This document shows, in pieces, positions 54,701-64,000 of a stretch of DNA of 64,000 bases. Numbering within the stretch: position 1 is the first letter of the stretch; each line of letters opens with the position of its first letter. The translations under genes and the position numbers were made by a program. Source of the DNA: Nannocystales bacterium (GTDB lineage Bacteria; Myxococcota_A; Polyangia; Nannocystales; Nannocystaceae); contig JBOEGF010000012.1 in NCBI GenBank assembly GCA_050633305.1, forward strand, positions 98,385-162,384, given 5' to 3'. The notes beneath the pieces were generated by a model that was not told the origin of the DNA, did not search any database, and worked only from the letters and a program-made list of their open reading frames with translations.

Positions 54701-55846
54701 GCGGTTGTCGACCCATCGGTGGGTAGCCACTGCATGTCGCGCTACTGGGCGGAGGGCCAAGAAGCCTACATTGCGGACCCCGCCGGGCGCTTGTTCCGCT
54801 GGGACTTGGGGCGCGACGTGGAGCCCTTGTCGTTCAAGCACGATGACGACAGCGGGGATGACCCGTGGGGCACCGACGCGGAGGAACTCGTTTCCTTCCC
54901 TGCGTGCACCGGAACGGGCGACACCTGCACGGTGAGCCCCGCCAACCCCGGTGACCCGTTCTTGTTTGGTCCGTCGGTCAGCGCGTTCAATCGGATCGAC
55001 GACATCAGCGGTGGCGCTTTGGATCCGGTCGAGGAAAACGATCAGTTCCTGATCGCGCTCGTCTCAGGCTCGCCCAACGAGGACACCCTTGACGGTGGCG
55101 ACGAGGAAAACGATTTTCACTCGAGCCTCTACCTGCTCGTCGACGACCACGGCCCGACATCAACCTCGGACGATGGCATCTCAGTTCCCGCGGGCGCCCC
55201 GAAGTCGGGACCCTCGTTCTCCGCAGGCGACAGCGTCAACGGAAACCCAGGGTACATGCGCATCGCGGTTTCGGATATCACGCGGACGCGGACCGTCACT
55301 CCGTTCCCTGGCGCTGGCGAGTTCACCGAGACTCGGGCCTTCTCCAAGGCGGCGCGACCGGTCCGTGCACCTCGGATCTATGTCACCGGCGTCGTCGACG
55401 ACAGTGGGGGCGAGCCGGTGGTCGTCGAGGATGTCGAGGTCTACTACGTGACCTACTACATCTACGAGCCCAGCTCGGGAGAGTGCGACCCGCGCTTCTA
55501 CAATACCGCGACCCGAACCTGGTACCCCGATCGCGGAACGACCTACGAGCTGACGTTCCGGTTGACGGCCGACGCCAACAACGGGTTCGAGTTCAACAGT
55601 GGTGTGAGCGGTGGTGATGCGTTGGCGGACTTCGGGGCTGGGTTCGAGACCGGGTTGCAACTCGTGTCGGTCGAACAGGGGAACGATGGCGAGTGCGAGT
55701 CTGGCAACTGCGGGGCCAGCGTCACACCGCAGCCGTTCGTACCCTGCGACAACAACCCGCCCGAGGATGAGCCTGCGCCGATCTCGACGTACGTCATCCC
55801 CATGGGCAACAAGACGCTCGACGCGTTCTCGCCGGTCGAGAACTGA
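51755..55846 (+). CDS. PilY1-like adhesin with vWA domain and C-terminal beta-propeller
   Basis: Signal peptide, MIDAS DTSGS, LLTDG, WTGHV, HAF...GNELFGLIP, GETWARP, GRLFRWD; follows minor pilins. Confidence 0.85.
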   Translation: MRNPVHPTRTVHLLTRMGRIGATWAGLGLMVLMLWLGQAGSSQARLDAYYVVRGAAFGTVSPRVLFVLDTSGSMSRRASAGAGRCRWSRCESPDFYDTTEESRISAARRAIRTVVDGAGESAQFSLMTFVQNVAETQAPPPMCETYGDPAVPTRFVWTNVFNDWSGTLWWILRTEGGPNDYAGGLRLCQGDARRPYAYIRWDELGTGSVIGGNNEAGPVPDSPLISLAEADYSDISTLQRRVQFFPTFMGVRAQLNAVTDPDQDILNGSVGDYDRTTEVWNQDFYYWPYVDGFSGYATLNVFDLDVDNGLVSGYDGSVRAGVAGDNDWVAGVELHAPFFVDLSDALPAIPADDWGPADEAQALALAQGRTGPLIEGGVDATGGTPWRSAVGIEPGTPENPTPVVRENDVGSHPSIASYLAFLNTVAESSACAPTNVVLLTDGNPSGGEGGAGLYANLAALRNDLGASVYVVGFFVDGGELNNMACAAAGACDGASCGSPCDDDSAQDWDTCSDPDNPGTACAFVASSTAQLEAIFAGIIDDALDVNVDSGQGSVVNEFGATGLADGVVAVQTVFSASTDYPGWTGHVERRYCEIYDEFDVLVPTCQPPSPEFEPDLEAAFETFGAGCDMGRDWDAGECLRDTTWSDRRIYSHDASNNVYRISNVDGSASGQFISELTTLGHISGPDADDDADDIVAFLLGRDAPGDWKLPGVSNSSPITVRRVPEYDETRLPEVAITDPHCAGRTFGELDAGSLPNSLEQFALDSWDEDEAPNYAYQEAVVVGDDYGIIHAFQLDSGNELFGLIPRFALGNAVAQSANGPLNMGQPADDLENHEFGVSSTLNHGWAFDSDESRWRHLGIIGMGAGGTEYIALDLSHMNPLLGLPVEVLWTTEDTELAGEDLATAYEPILGETWARPALTYHVTNEQLASEPETFLVAGSGYPEDGDLGDEGRVLFVANAMTGELLEQATLPAEGDVYEDVFGAVVDPSVGSHCMSRYWAEGQEAYIADPAGRLFRWDLGRDVEPLSFKHDDDSGDDPWGTDAEELVSFPACTGTGDTCTVSPANPGDPFLFGPSVSAFNRIDDISGGALDPVEENDQFLIALVSGSPNEDTLDGGDEENDFHSSLYLLVDDHGPTSTSDDGISVPAGAPKSGPSFSAGDSVNGNPGYMRIAVSDITRTRTVTPFPGAGEFTETRAFSKAARPVRAPRIYVTGVVDDSGGEPVVVEDVEVYYVTYYIYEPSSGECDPRFYNTATRTWYPDRGTTYELTFRLTADANNGFEFNSGVSGGDALADFGAGFETGLQLVSVEQGNDGECESGNCGASVTPQPFVPCDNNPPEDEPAPISTYVIPMGNKTLDAFSPVEN

Positions 55847-55853
55847 GCTGGCT

Positions 55854-55891
55854 GAGGTCTGGCTGGGGCCGCCGGGGCCCGGCCAGACCTC
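55854..55891 (+). terminator. Long hairpin after pilY1-like gene
   Basis: GAGGTCTGGC...GCCAGACCTC inverted repeat; no clear U-tract. Confidence 0.5.
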
Positions 55892-55986
55892 CTCTACGGC
55901 TCTGGCTGGGCTCCGACCGTGAGCAGACTCGGGGACTGCCAGAGCTGCCACGGGTTGGTCCGAGGGCGCGGTGCGCCCGTGCGTGC

Positions 55987-57024
55987 ATGGTACGGTCCGC
56001 CGCCGTGAGTGACGCCGAGCAGTCCCCGACCGACGACACCATCAACCCCGTGCAGCTCGCGACGCGCGGTGCGACGGGTGGCGTCCTCATGGGGCTCGCA
56101 AACCTGGTGCCTGGCATCAGCGGGGGCACGATGCTCCTCGCGGCTGGGGTGTACCCGCATTTCATTCAGGCGATCGCTGAAGTCACGCGACTGAAGTTCA
56201 AACGGAGCTCGTTGATCGTCCTCGCTTCTGTTGTTGCCGCTGCGGGTCTGGCGATCGTTCTGCTCGCCGGCCCGGTCAAGACGCTTGTCGTCGACTACCG
56301 GTGGATCGCGTACAGCCTGTTCATCGGGCTGACGCTCGGTGGGGTACCGATCGTCTGGCGGCTCCTTCCCCGACGCACCACCTCGGTGTGGGGAGGCGCC
56401 GCGGTTGGCTTCGTCGCGATGGCCGCGTTGGCGCTCGTGCAAGGGCAGGGCACCGGAACCGATGGGGGCCCCACGGATGCGGGCTTTGTGCTGATGTTGC
56501 TCGCTGGGGTGGCGGGCGCGAGCGCGATGATCCTGCCTGGGATCAGCGGCGGCTACCTCCTGCTGGTGATGGGGGTCTACGTTCCGATTCTCGCGGGGAT
56601 CGATGCGCTCAAGCTTGGACTCAAGTCCGGCGATGTCGCGTCCTTGCAGGCGCCCCTGGTCGACGTCGTGATTCCGGTCGGCCTCGGGGTCGTCTTGGGC
56701 ATCGTCGTCGTCAGCAACGCGCTCAAGTGGCTGCTGGCCAAGTTTGAGCTGCCCACGCTGGGCGCCCTTTTGGGGCTTTTGTTAGGCGCGGTCGTGGGTC
56801 TGTGGCCGTTTCAGCAGGGCGTGGCCCCCAGTGTCGGGGACACGTTCAAGGGACAGGTGGTCACCGCGAGCTCGCTGCCGGAGCTCAAGCCCGAGGACTT
56901 CCCAACGGACTTCTTCACGCCGGACGCGGTCCAGGTCGCCGGGGCGATCGGGCTCATCATCGTGGGCTACTTCGTGACCGTGGGCGTCGCTCGGCTCGGT
57001 GGCGCCGCGTACCTCAAGGCCTGA
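55987..57024 (+). CDS. DUF368 family membrane protein
   Basis: MGLANLVPGISGGT and AMILPGISGG repeats. Confidence 0.9.
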   Translation: MVRSAAVSDAEQSPTDDTINPVQLATRGATGGVLMGLANLVPGISGGTMLLAAGVYPHFIQAIAEVTRLKFKRSSLIVLASVVAAAGLAIVLLAGPVKTLVVDYRWIAYSLFIGLTLGGVPIVWRLLPRRTTSVWGGAAVGFVAMAALALVQGQGTGTDGGPTDAGFVLMLLAGVAGASAMILPGISGGYLLLVMGVYVPILAGIDALKLGLKSGDVASLQAPLVDVVIPVGLGVVLGIVVVSNALKWLLAKFELPTLGALLGLLLGAVVGLWPFQQGVAPSVGDTFKGQVVTASSLPELKPEDFPTDFFTPDAVQVAGAIGLIIVGYFVTVGVARLGGAAYLKA

Positions 57025-57090
57025 AGCGTCGTCGCCCGTCGCGCCAAGGACACCCGGCGGAGGTTGCCCCGGGTCGGGCATTTCGCTGGA

Positions 57091-57867
57091 CTAGTTCGGT
57101 GCGACGACGGTGATCTCGACCTCGGTGCCAGGCGGCACCTTGTCGCCGGGGCTCGGGTCTTGTCGGAGCACGTAGTTTTCGCCGCGCTCCGGATCTTCGA
57201 CCCGGCGGATGCGGCCGACGGTGAGCCCGAACTCGGCGAGCTTCTTCTTGGCGCCGGAGAGGTAGAGCCCCTTGAGCTTGGGCACCTCGACGGCGAGAGG
57301 CTCTGCGATGGTCAACCGAACGACCGAGCCATCCTTGGCCTCGGTACCCGGTGCTGGGACCTGCTTGAGGACCGTGTTGGGGTCTTCGTCGGAAACCTCG
57401 GTCGCGGGCTCGGGGACCTCGAATCCCGCCTTGACCAGCTCGGTCCGCGCGGCATCGAAAGCCTTGCCCTGGACGTCCGGCAGCGCGACGTTGCTCGATG
57501 CCTTGGCGACCACGACGCGAATCTCCTTGTTGCTGGAGAGCTCTGCGCCCGCGGAAGGTCGCTGTTGCACGATCGTCCCGGGGTCGGCCGCGGTCACGTT
57601 GCGTTCGCCGTCCTCAATGATCACCAGTCCCTTGGAGCGCCACCGCTCCCGAGCCGCGTCGACGGTCATTCCCTCCAGGTTCGGGGCGGAGAGCTTTTCC
57701 GTCCCTTCCCCGCTCGGTGTGGTGGGCGCCGAGGTTCGCGCTGCCGTCGCCGGAGCCGGCCCCGCACTGTCGAGCCCCTGCAGCTTGATGATGTAGGGCG
57801 TCAACAAAAGCTGGCTGGCCACCGAGGTGACCAACGCGATCAGAAACATCTTGAAGTAGTCGTTCAT
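57091..57867 (-). CDS. Membrane-anchored protein with three PASTA domains
   Basis: Three P-x-L/V-x-G...Q-x-P repeats after an N-terminal TM segment. Confidence 0.85.
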   Translation of the reverse strand: MNDYFKMFLIALVTSVASQLLLTPYIIKLQGLDSAGPAPATAARTSAPTTPSGEGTEKLSAPNLEGMTVDAARERWRSKGLVIIEDGERNVTAADPGTIVQQRPSAGAELSSNKEIRVVVAKASSNVALPDVQGKAFDAARTELVKAGFEVPEPATEVSDEDPNTVLKQVPAPGTEAKDGSVVRLTIAEPLAVEVPKLKGLYLSGAKKKLAEFGLTVGRIRRVEDPERGENYVLRQDPSPGDKVPPGTEVEITVVAPN

Positions 57868-57931
57868 CGAACGGGAGCCGAGCATCGAGGCCGGCCGGCT
57901 CCCGTGAGTCTACCCCACCCATCCAGTGGGT

Positions 57932-60574
57932 CTACGCGACTTGGTGTGTACGGAGGTTCAGCAGCTCCGGGTCATCGGCCCCTTCCTCCGGCGAACCTGT
58001 GTCGATCTCGACGGTGCTCCCGGGTGGGAATGAGCCGTCGAGGATACCGCGAGCGAGGCGGTCGACGACATTGCGCGCAAGGACGCGGGAGAGCGGACGC
58101 GCACCGAAGACGGGGTCGTAGCCAGCCTCCGCCAGCATGACCTTGGCCTCCTCGGTGAGTTGGACACGCAGCCCCCGTTCCTCCAGCCGCGGTTGCAGTC
58201 GTTCGAGTTGAATGTCGAGTACGCGCCCCATCGCCTCACGTGTCAGGGATGTAAACGACAACACGCCGTCGAGCCGGTTGAGGAATTCGGGCCGAAACTG
58301 ATGCCGCAGGGCTTCGTTTTGGGCTGCGCGTCTGCCCTCAGCGTCGAGGCCGGTATCGAGGAGGGCCTCGCTTCCGACGTTGCTCGTCATCAGGACGATC
58401 GTATTTCGGAAGTCGACGGTTCTACCCTGGCTGTCGGTCAGCCGACCATCGTCGAGGAGCTGGAGCAGCACGTTGAACACGTCGGGGTGCGCCTTCTCGA
58501 TCTCATCGAGGAGGACGACCGAGAACGGTTTGCGGCGCACCGCCTCGGTGAGCTGACCTCCCTCGTCGTAGCCGACGTACCCCGGAGGCGCGCCGATGAG
58601 GCGGGAGACTGCGAACTTCTCCATGTACTCGCTCATGTCGATGCGAACGACCTGACGCTCGTCGTCGAAGAGGAACTCGGCCAAGGCCTTCGCGAGTTCG
58701 GTCTTGCCGACCCCGGTGGGCCCCAGAAACAGGAACGAAGCGATCGGCTGATCGGGGTCGGAGAGGCCGGCCCGGGCTTGTCGCACCGCCGCCGCGACCC
58801 GCTCGAGCGCGGGATCTTGTCCGACAACACGGCGTCGCAGGTTGTCTTCCATGTGCAGGAGCTTCTGTTGCTCGCTGGCGAGCATCTTCGACACGGGGAC
58901 GCCGGTCCACCGAGACACGATGGCGGCGATGTCCTCGTCGGTCACCTCTTCGCGGAGGAACGAAGCCTCGCTGGAGGCGAGGGTGGCTTTCAGTTGGTCC
59001 CGAGCGCGGTCACGGTCGGTTTCGAGGTCGCGTAGCGTGCCGTAGGTCAGCTCGGCGGCACGACTGAGGTCTCCGGACTTCTCCGCCATCGCGGCGTCGG
59101 ACTTGACGCGTTCGATTCGAGCGGAGACCTCCTTGACTTCGGCGAGCTGGTCGCGTTCGGTCTGCCAACGCGAACGCATGGCATCGACGTCCTCCCGAAC
59201 GGTCGCGAGCTCGCGCTGGACTGCGCTGAGACGCTCATCCTGGGCTGGCGCTCGATGCTCTTCCCGCTCCAGTGCTGCGCGTTCGATCTCAAGCCGGGTC
59301 AGTCGACGCTCTTGTTCGTCGATCGGGGTGGGCACACTCTCGACCTCCATCTTCAACTGCGCGGCGGCCTCATCCATGAGGTCGATCGCTTTGTCGGGGA
59401 GGAAGCGGTTCTGAATGTAGCGGTGGCTGAGCGTCGCGGCGCTGACCAGCGCAGCGTCTTGGATGCGAACCCCGTGATGGGCTTCGAACTTGCTGCTGAT
59501 GCCGCGGAGAATTGCGATCGTATCGTCGACGGAAGGCTCATCGATCATCACGGGCTGGAAGCGCCGCTCCAGTGCTTTGTCCTTCTCGATGTGCTTCCGG
59601 TATTCATCGAGGGTGGTCGCTCCGATGCAGCGCAACCCCCCGCGCGCAAGGGCGGGCTTGAGCATGTTGGCAGCGTCCTGAGCTCCTTCGCTGGCGCCCG
59701 CACCTACGAGCGTGTGCAGCTCGTCGATGAAGAGGATGATCTTGCCCTCGGCGGCCTCGACCTCGGCGAGGACCGCCTTGAGTCGCTCCTCAAACTCGCC
59801 GCGGTACTTGGCTCCGGCCACCATCGCGGCCAAGTCCAGCTGGTGGAGTTGTTTGTCCGTGAGGCTCTCGGGCACGTCGCCACTGGCGATGCGTTGGGCG
59901 ATGCCTTCGGCGATCGCGGTCTTGCCCACGCCCGGCTCACCGATCAACACCGGGTTGTTCTTGGTGCGGCGGCTGAGCACTTGCAGGGCCCGGCGAATCT
60001 CGGTGTCCCGACCGATCACGGGGTCTAGGGACTCCTTGCGCGCCAGCGCCGTCAGGTCGAGCGCATACTTGGCCAAGGCTTCGTACGTGCTCTCGGGGTC
60101 TTGGGTTTGCACGCTTTGGGTTCCCCGCACCTCACGGAGGGCAGCGAGGACGAGTTCGGCCGAGGCTCCCAGCCCGCGCAGTAGCGCGTGCGCCTTGAGC
60201 CCGTGTCGCTCCGCGTTGTCGTGCAGGAACGCGAGGACGAGATGTTCGGTGCTGACGTACTTGTCGTGTAGCCGCTCGGCCTCGGCAGCCGCGAGATCGA
60301 GGGCCGCCATCAGTTCTCGGGCGGGCCGCACGTCGGCGCCTTGCACTTTCGGAAGGCGTGCGAGGGCATCCGAGATGGCTCGGTCGAGCGCGGCACCGTG
60401 GACTCCCGCTCGCTCGAGCAGGGGCCGCACGAGGCCGCCGTCCTGACCGGCGGCAGCGGAAAGCAAATGGAGGGTCGTGACCTCGGGATGGCCAAGTTCT
60501 TGGGTCATCGCTTGCGCGTGAGCGAGCGCATGACGGGTTTTCACGGTCGCGGATTCAGCCTGGAATGCGGGCAT
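57932..60574 (-). CDS. clpB: ATP-dependent chaperone ClpB
   Basis: [15 protein letters not shown], coiled-coil M domain, [17 protein letters not shown]; start trimmed to MPAFQ. Confidence 0.97.
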   Translation of the reverse strand: MPAFQAESATVKTRHALAHAQAMTQELGHPEVTTLHLLSAAAGQDGGLVRPLLERAGVHGAALDRAISDALARLPKVQGADVRPARELMAALDLAAAEAERLHDKYVSTEHLVLAFLHDNAERHGLKAHALLRGLGASAELVLAALREVRGTQSVQTQDPESTYEALAKYALDLTALARKESLDPVIGRDTEIRRALQVLSRRTKNNPVLIGEPGVGKTAIAEGIAQRIASGDVPESLTDKQLHQLDLAAMVAGAKYRGEFEERLKAVLAEVEAAEGKIILFIDELHTLVGAGASEGAQDAANMLKPALARGGLRCIGATTLDEYRKHIEKDKALERRFQPVMIDEPSVDDTIAILRGISSKFEAHHGVRIQDAALVSAATLSHRYIQNRFLPDKAIDLMDEAAAQLKMEVESVPTPIDEQERRLTRLEIERAALEREEHRAPAQDERLSAVQRELATVREDVDAMRSRWQTERDQLAEVKEVSARIERVKSDAAMAEKSGDLSRAAELTYGTLRDLETDRDRARDQLKATLASSEASFLREEVTDEDIAAIVSRWTGVPVSKMLASEQQKLLHMEDNLRRRVVGQDPALERVAAAVRQARAGLSDPDQPIASFLFLGPTGVGKTELAKALAEFLFDDERQVVRIDMSEYMEKFAVSRLIGAPPGYVGYDEGGQLTEAVRRKPFSVVLLDEIEKAHPDVFNVLLQLLDDGRLTDSQGRTVDFRNTIVLMTSNVGSEALLDTGLDAEGRRAAQNEALRHQFRPEFLNRLDGVLSFTSLTREAMGRVLDIQLERLQPRLEERGLRVQLTEEAKVMLAEAGYDPVFGARPLSRVLARNVVDRLARGILDGSFPPGSTVEIDTGSPEEGADDPELLNLRTHQVA

Positions 60575-60706
60575 CTCGCACCTACCTTTCGGGGCCGTTC
60601 TCCGGTCCCAAACGCAACGTAGGTACGGATCGAGACGGCGCAAGGCTGGTCGATCGGGCAGCGACCGTTGCGTAACGGATCGCGGCCGGGCACGGTTGCA
60701 GGGTCC

Positions 60707-61894
60707 ATGCTCGCCTTGCGTTCCTTCCCTGCCGGCGCCCTCGCGTTGTCGTTGGTCCTGTCGTCGGCGTGCGGACCTGAGGACGCGCCGGCGCCTGCTG
60801 AAGCGTCGCCTTCGGGAGACGCAGGGGGAGAGCCGAAGGTCGAGCACCGCTCGGAGCCCGAGGCTGAACCCGCCAAGCCGGGGGTGCAAGCCGATGGCAC
60901 GATCGTCTCCGCCGTGGAGTGGTTTCACGGGTCTCTCGACGAGGCGTTCGCGGAGGCGAAGAAGGACGGGAAGCTCGTCTTCGTGGATGTCGGAGCGTAC
61001 TGGTGCCCTCCGTGTCAGAAGCTCGATGAGCAGGTCTTCGTGGACGCCGCGGTCGGTGAGGCGCTGGGCAAGGGATACATCGCCGTGCACGTCGATGCGG
61101 AGAAGGGCGAGGGTCCGGACGTCGTTCGCGAGTACCGAGTCCAGGCGTATCCAACGCTGCTGGTGCTCGAATCAGGCGGCGTAGAGAAGGGCCGGGTGGT
61201 GGACTTCCTCCCGGCGGACGAACTTCTCGCCGCGCTGGTCCGCATCGAGCAAGGCGACAATGTCCTCGCGGAGGCAGTCGCCGAGCTCGAGGCCAGGCCC
61301 GATGACGTCGCGCTTCGTCAACGGCTGGGGCACTTGTACGTGTTGGCGGGTCAACGCGAGCAGGCCAACGCGGAGTACGAACAGGTCTTGGAGGCCGACC
61401 CCACCAACGAGATGGGCTTGGCGGCGAAGGTGCTGTACGACCAGGCGTTGTTCATCCAGTTCAAGCTCGATGACGATGCTTCCGGAGCGGTCGCAGCCCT
61501 CCGCAAACTCCAGTCGCAGTTCCCCGACAGCGCCGAGGCTCTTCGTGCGCACCGGCAGATCGGTCGGATGCTCAACCGGCTCGGAAAGCCGGACGAGGCG
61601 ATTGCCGAACTCGATGCGATGCTGGCCGTGGATCCCAAGGATGTTGGGCTTGCGAGCAGCTACGGATGGTTCAGCTTCCGGCAGAAGTGCAAACCCACCC
61701 GCGGCCTCGAGGTCGTCCGGGCCGCGCTCAATGTCGAGCCGAAGAACGCAGACCTCCTCTACCTCGAGGCAGAGCTCGCGGAGCTGACGGGGGACCGGGA
61801 GGCGGCTCGTGTCGCGATCCGGCGCGCTCGCGACGTTGAACCCAACTCGGCATTCTTGCGACGCCAGGTTCAGCGGTTTGAGGAGACGCCATGA
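60707..61894 (+). CDS. Thioredoxin-like domain plus TPR lipoprotein
   Basis: Lipobox SSAC, YWCPPC, YPT cis-Pro, TPR-like helices. Confidence 0.85.
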   Translation: MLALRSFPAGALALSLVLSSACGPEDAPAPAEASPSGDAGGEPKVEHRSEPEAEPAKPGVQADGTIVSAVEWFHGSLDEAFAEAKKDGKLVFVDVGAYWCPPCQKLDEQVFVDAAVGEALGKGYIAVHVDAEKGEGPDVVREYRVQAYPTLLVLESGGVEKGRVVDFLPADELLAALVRIEQGDNVLAEAVAELEARPDDVALRQRLGHLYVLAGQREQANAEYEQVLEADPTNEMGLAAKVLYDQALFIQFKLDDDASGAVAALRKLQSQFPDSAEALRAHRQIGRMLNRLGKPDEAIAELDAMLAVDPKDVGLASSYGWFSFRQKCKPTRGLEVVRAALNVEPKNADLLYLEAELAELTGDREAARVAIRRARDVEPNSAFLRRQVQRFEETP

Positions 61895-62379
61895 TCCCCC
61901 TGTTCGTGACGTTGGCTCTCGCGCTTGCCGTTCCGCCGCCAGTGTTCGATCCGGACGCTGGAGTGCCCCCTGGAGGCGGGTACTGGGCGCCCGGCGAGGC
62001 GCCCTCGGTTGCCCCCCCGGATGGTGAAGAACAGATCCTGATCGGCGCGATCATGCTGCCGTTGGGCGTCCTTTCCACCGCATCCGCGTCCCCGATGGTG
62101 TGGGCGACCGCTCCTGGCCATTGCCCAGATCGCCTCCAAGCGTGGGGCATCGACGCGGACGCCGACCAGTGCAAGGGGCTGTTCATCTACAACGTGATCC
62201 GCGTGTCGTATGGCGCCGCCGCGGTGATCACGGGCGCAGTGTTCCTGACGATCGGGCTCCAGCGTCGCAAAGCGCTCAAGGAGTGGAAGCGGCGACGCTT
62301 TCAGGGGCTGAGGCCCGCCGGGCTGAGTTTCAAGCCGAACCGACGCGGTGCTTCGCTCGGGATGACCTTCCGGTTCTGA
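61891..62379 (+). CDS. Hypothetical membrane protein with C-terminal beta-strand ending in Phe
   Basis: Signal peptide, Pro-rich segment, two hydrophobic helices, GASLGMTFRF; ATGA overlap. Confidence 0.65.
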   Translation: MIPLFVTLALALAVPPPVFDPDAGVPPGGGYWAPGEAPSVAPPDGEEQILIGAIMLPLGVLSTASASPMVWATAPGHCPDRLQAWGIDADADQCKGLFIYNVIRVSYGAAAVITGAVFLTIGLQRRKALKEWKRRRFQGLRPAGLSFKPNRRGASLGMTFRF

Positions 62380-62565
62380 ACCGCGGTCGTCGGCGCGCGG
62401 CCGCCCCGTGTTCAGTGCGGCCCAGGTAGGGAAGCATCGCACGGTGGAATGAGCCGGCGAGTACGGTAGGATTGCTTACGCGCAAAATTCGTACGGAAGC
62501 GCGGCACCGAGCCGGTGTCTCAGGGGAGGACAGCGGCAACCCGTAGGGGAAACGTGAAGGGAAAC

Positions 62566-63777
62566 ATGATGCATAAACACCTGACTCTGGCTGGAATGCT
62601 CTGCGTAGCGGGGGGATGCCCCTCTGCGGACTCCGGCGAGGACACTTCGGACGACTCGGGCGGAATCGCGAGTTTTTCCGGGACGGACACGGACGGCTCG
62701 ACGACCGACGTGAATCCGACGACCGGTGAGGCCACCGCGGCCGATTCGGGCTCCAGCAGCACGGGCGAACTCAACTGCGGCGAGCAGGAGTTCGTCCTGG
62801 AGGCCGTCCCGCCCAACGTCGTTCTCGTGCTCGACAAGTCGGGGAGCATGGTCCAGAACGAGTGGGACGCGGACAACGATCCCATGACCGACACCGAGAC
62901 CCGTTGGAGGAGTCTTCACGATGTCGTGTCGTTCGTGGTCAACACCTTCGAAGCGGAGATCAACTTCGGAGCCGTGCTGTTTCCGTCTACGAGCGCGATC
63001 GCAGAACTCGGCGCGGGTGCATGCGTCGTCAATGCACAGCCCGAGGTTCCGGTTGCCGCGACCAATGCTGCTGGGGTCCTCGACGGGATTCCCGCCGCGA
63101 GCGCTGCCGCGACCATCAACGGGGCGACACCCGCCACGGCGGGTGTGCAAACAGCGCTCGACCACCTCAACACGCTCGATGAAAACATCGACCGGTTCAT
63201 GATTCTGATCACCGACGGCGCGGCCAACTGCGGCGCCGATGCGGACACCAGCATGTGTCCGGGCTTGGGCTGCGGGCTGATGGAGGACTACGACACCAAC
63301 CTGTCGTCGGTCGTTGGAGATGCCTTCACCACGGACAGTGTCCCCACGTTTGTGATCGGCATCGACATCCTGGACGAGCTTGTCGGGGCCGATCCCGGCG
63401 ACGGCCAGGTCGGGGCGAACACCTTTACCGAGCTCAACACGGTCGCAGAAGCGGGAGGCCGGGCGCGCGAAGGGGACGAAAAGTTCTTCAACGCCACCAA
63501 CGAGATCGAGCTGCAGGCTGCGTTGGCGGAGATCGCGGGCCAGGTCGTGTCGTGCACGATCCCCCTGAGTGAGGAACCCTCGGACCCCGACTTCGTGGAG
63601 ATCGAGATCGGTGGAATGACCTACGAACAGGTGACCGACTGCGAAACCGAGGACGGCTGGGTCTACTCGAACCCCAAGGGTCCGTACGACGCCATCGAAC
63701 TCTGCAACGCGGCGTGCGACGCCCTTGCGGAAAGCGGCGAGCTGGATGCGACCTTCGGCTGTCCGCCTCCGGGCTGA
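62566..63777 (+). CDS. vWA-domain Cys-rich lipoprotein (CglB-like family)
   Basis: Lipobox AGGC, S/T linker, MIDAS DKSGS, ATP, LITDGAANC. Confidence 0.85.
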   Translation: MMHKHLTLAGMLCVAGGCPSADSGEDTSDDSGGIASFSGTDTDGSTTDVNPTTGEATAADSGSSSTGELNCGEQEFVLEAVPPNVVLVLDKSGSMVQNEWDADNDPMTDTETRWRSLHDVVSFVVNTFEAEINFGAVLFPSTSAIAELGAGACVVNAQPEVPVAATNAAGVLDGIPAASAAATINGATPATAGVQTALDHLNTLDENIDRFMILITDGAANCGADADTSMCPGLGCGLMEDYDTNLSSVVGDAFTTDSVPTFVIGIDILDELVGADPGDGQVGANTFTELNTVAEAGGRAREGDEKFFNATNEIELQAALAEIAGQVVSCTIPLSEEPSDPDFVEIEIGGMTYEQVTDCETEDGWVYSNPKGPYDAIELCNAACDALAESGELDATFGCPPPG

Positions 63778-63899
63778 AGTCGGCCGAAACCGCGAGGACA
63801 TCTTCGAAGCGACGGCACCCTCGGTGGTCCGTCGCTTCGTTTTTGCGCCCTCTGCTCGCGTCGCCATGGCGATCTGCTCTAAGCTCGGGGCCGCTTCGT

Positions 63900-64000
63900 A
63901 TGGCTGCACGGAAGACCACCAAGAAGACGGCGAAGAAGGCGAACTCGAAGAAGACGACTTCTGCCAAGAAGAAGACGGCGTCGGGGAAGAAGACCGCGTC
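63900..64000 (+). CDS. Lys/Ala/Thr-rich (histone H1-like) N-terminus, truncated by window end
   Basis: MAARKTTKKTAKKANSKKTTSAKKKTASGKKTA... Confidence 0.6.
   Translation, partial: MAARKTTKKTAKKANSKKTTSAKKKTASGKKTA

Noticed and set aside
60688..60700. GGCACGGTTGCA as a sigma-54 promoter
   Set aside because: GG-to-GC spacing is wrong (not N10)

Overview
High-GC chromosomal window, most likely from a myxobacterium (Myxococcota, probably Nannocystaceae-like). This is inferred from a MYXO-CTERM-type protein, a CglB-like vWA lipoprotein, many lipoproteins with Ser/Thr/Gly linkers, a Hanks-type kinase and sigma-54 regulation. It is mostly housekeeping genes (Fpg/Nei, lnt, rsmE, thiC with TPP riboswitch, aat, moaD-moaE fusion, fabH, queD, rpmB, eno, hom, glpX, lgt, 5-oxoprolinase, pdxA, uvrA, clpB), plus a type IVa minor-pilin/PilY1 cluster and many unknown envelope proteins. 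I saw no CRISPR array, IS element, rRNA or tRNA. The most notable hidden feature is an AhpD/CMD-type peroxidase split by an in-frame UGA in a C-H-Y-U motif (27382-27960, minus), followed 11 nt later by an fdhF-like SECIS hairpin. This is a probable selenoprotein that the ORF track shows as two fragments. Other points of interest: two sigma-54 promoters (minor pilins; pilY1 with a structured ~220 nt leader), a CRP-family-type site between a Crp regulator and the pilin operon, a degenerate REC-GGDEF protein with an intact I-site next to a Ser/Thr kinase, a pair of catalytically dead M16 proteins coupled to eno, a cytochrome-like lipoprotein with a contracted CxCH motif, and an unannotated 37-aa membrane peptide.
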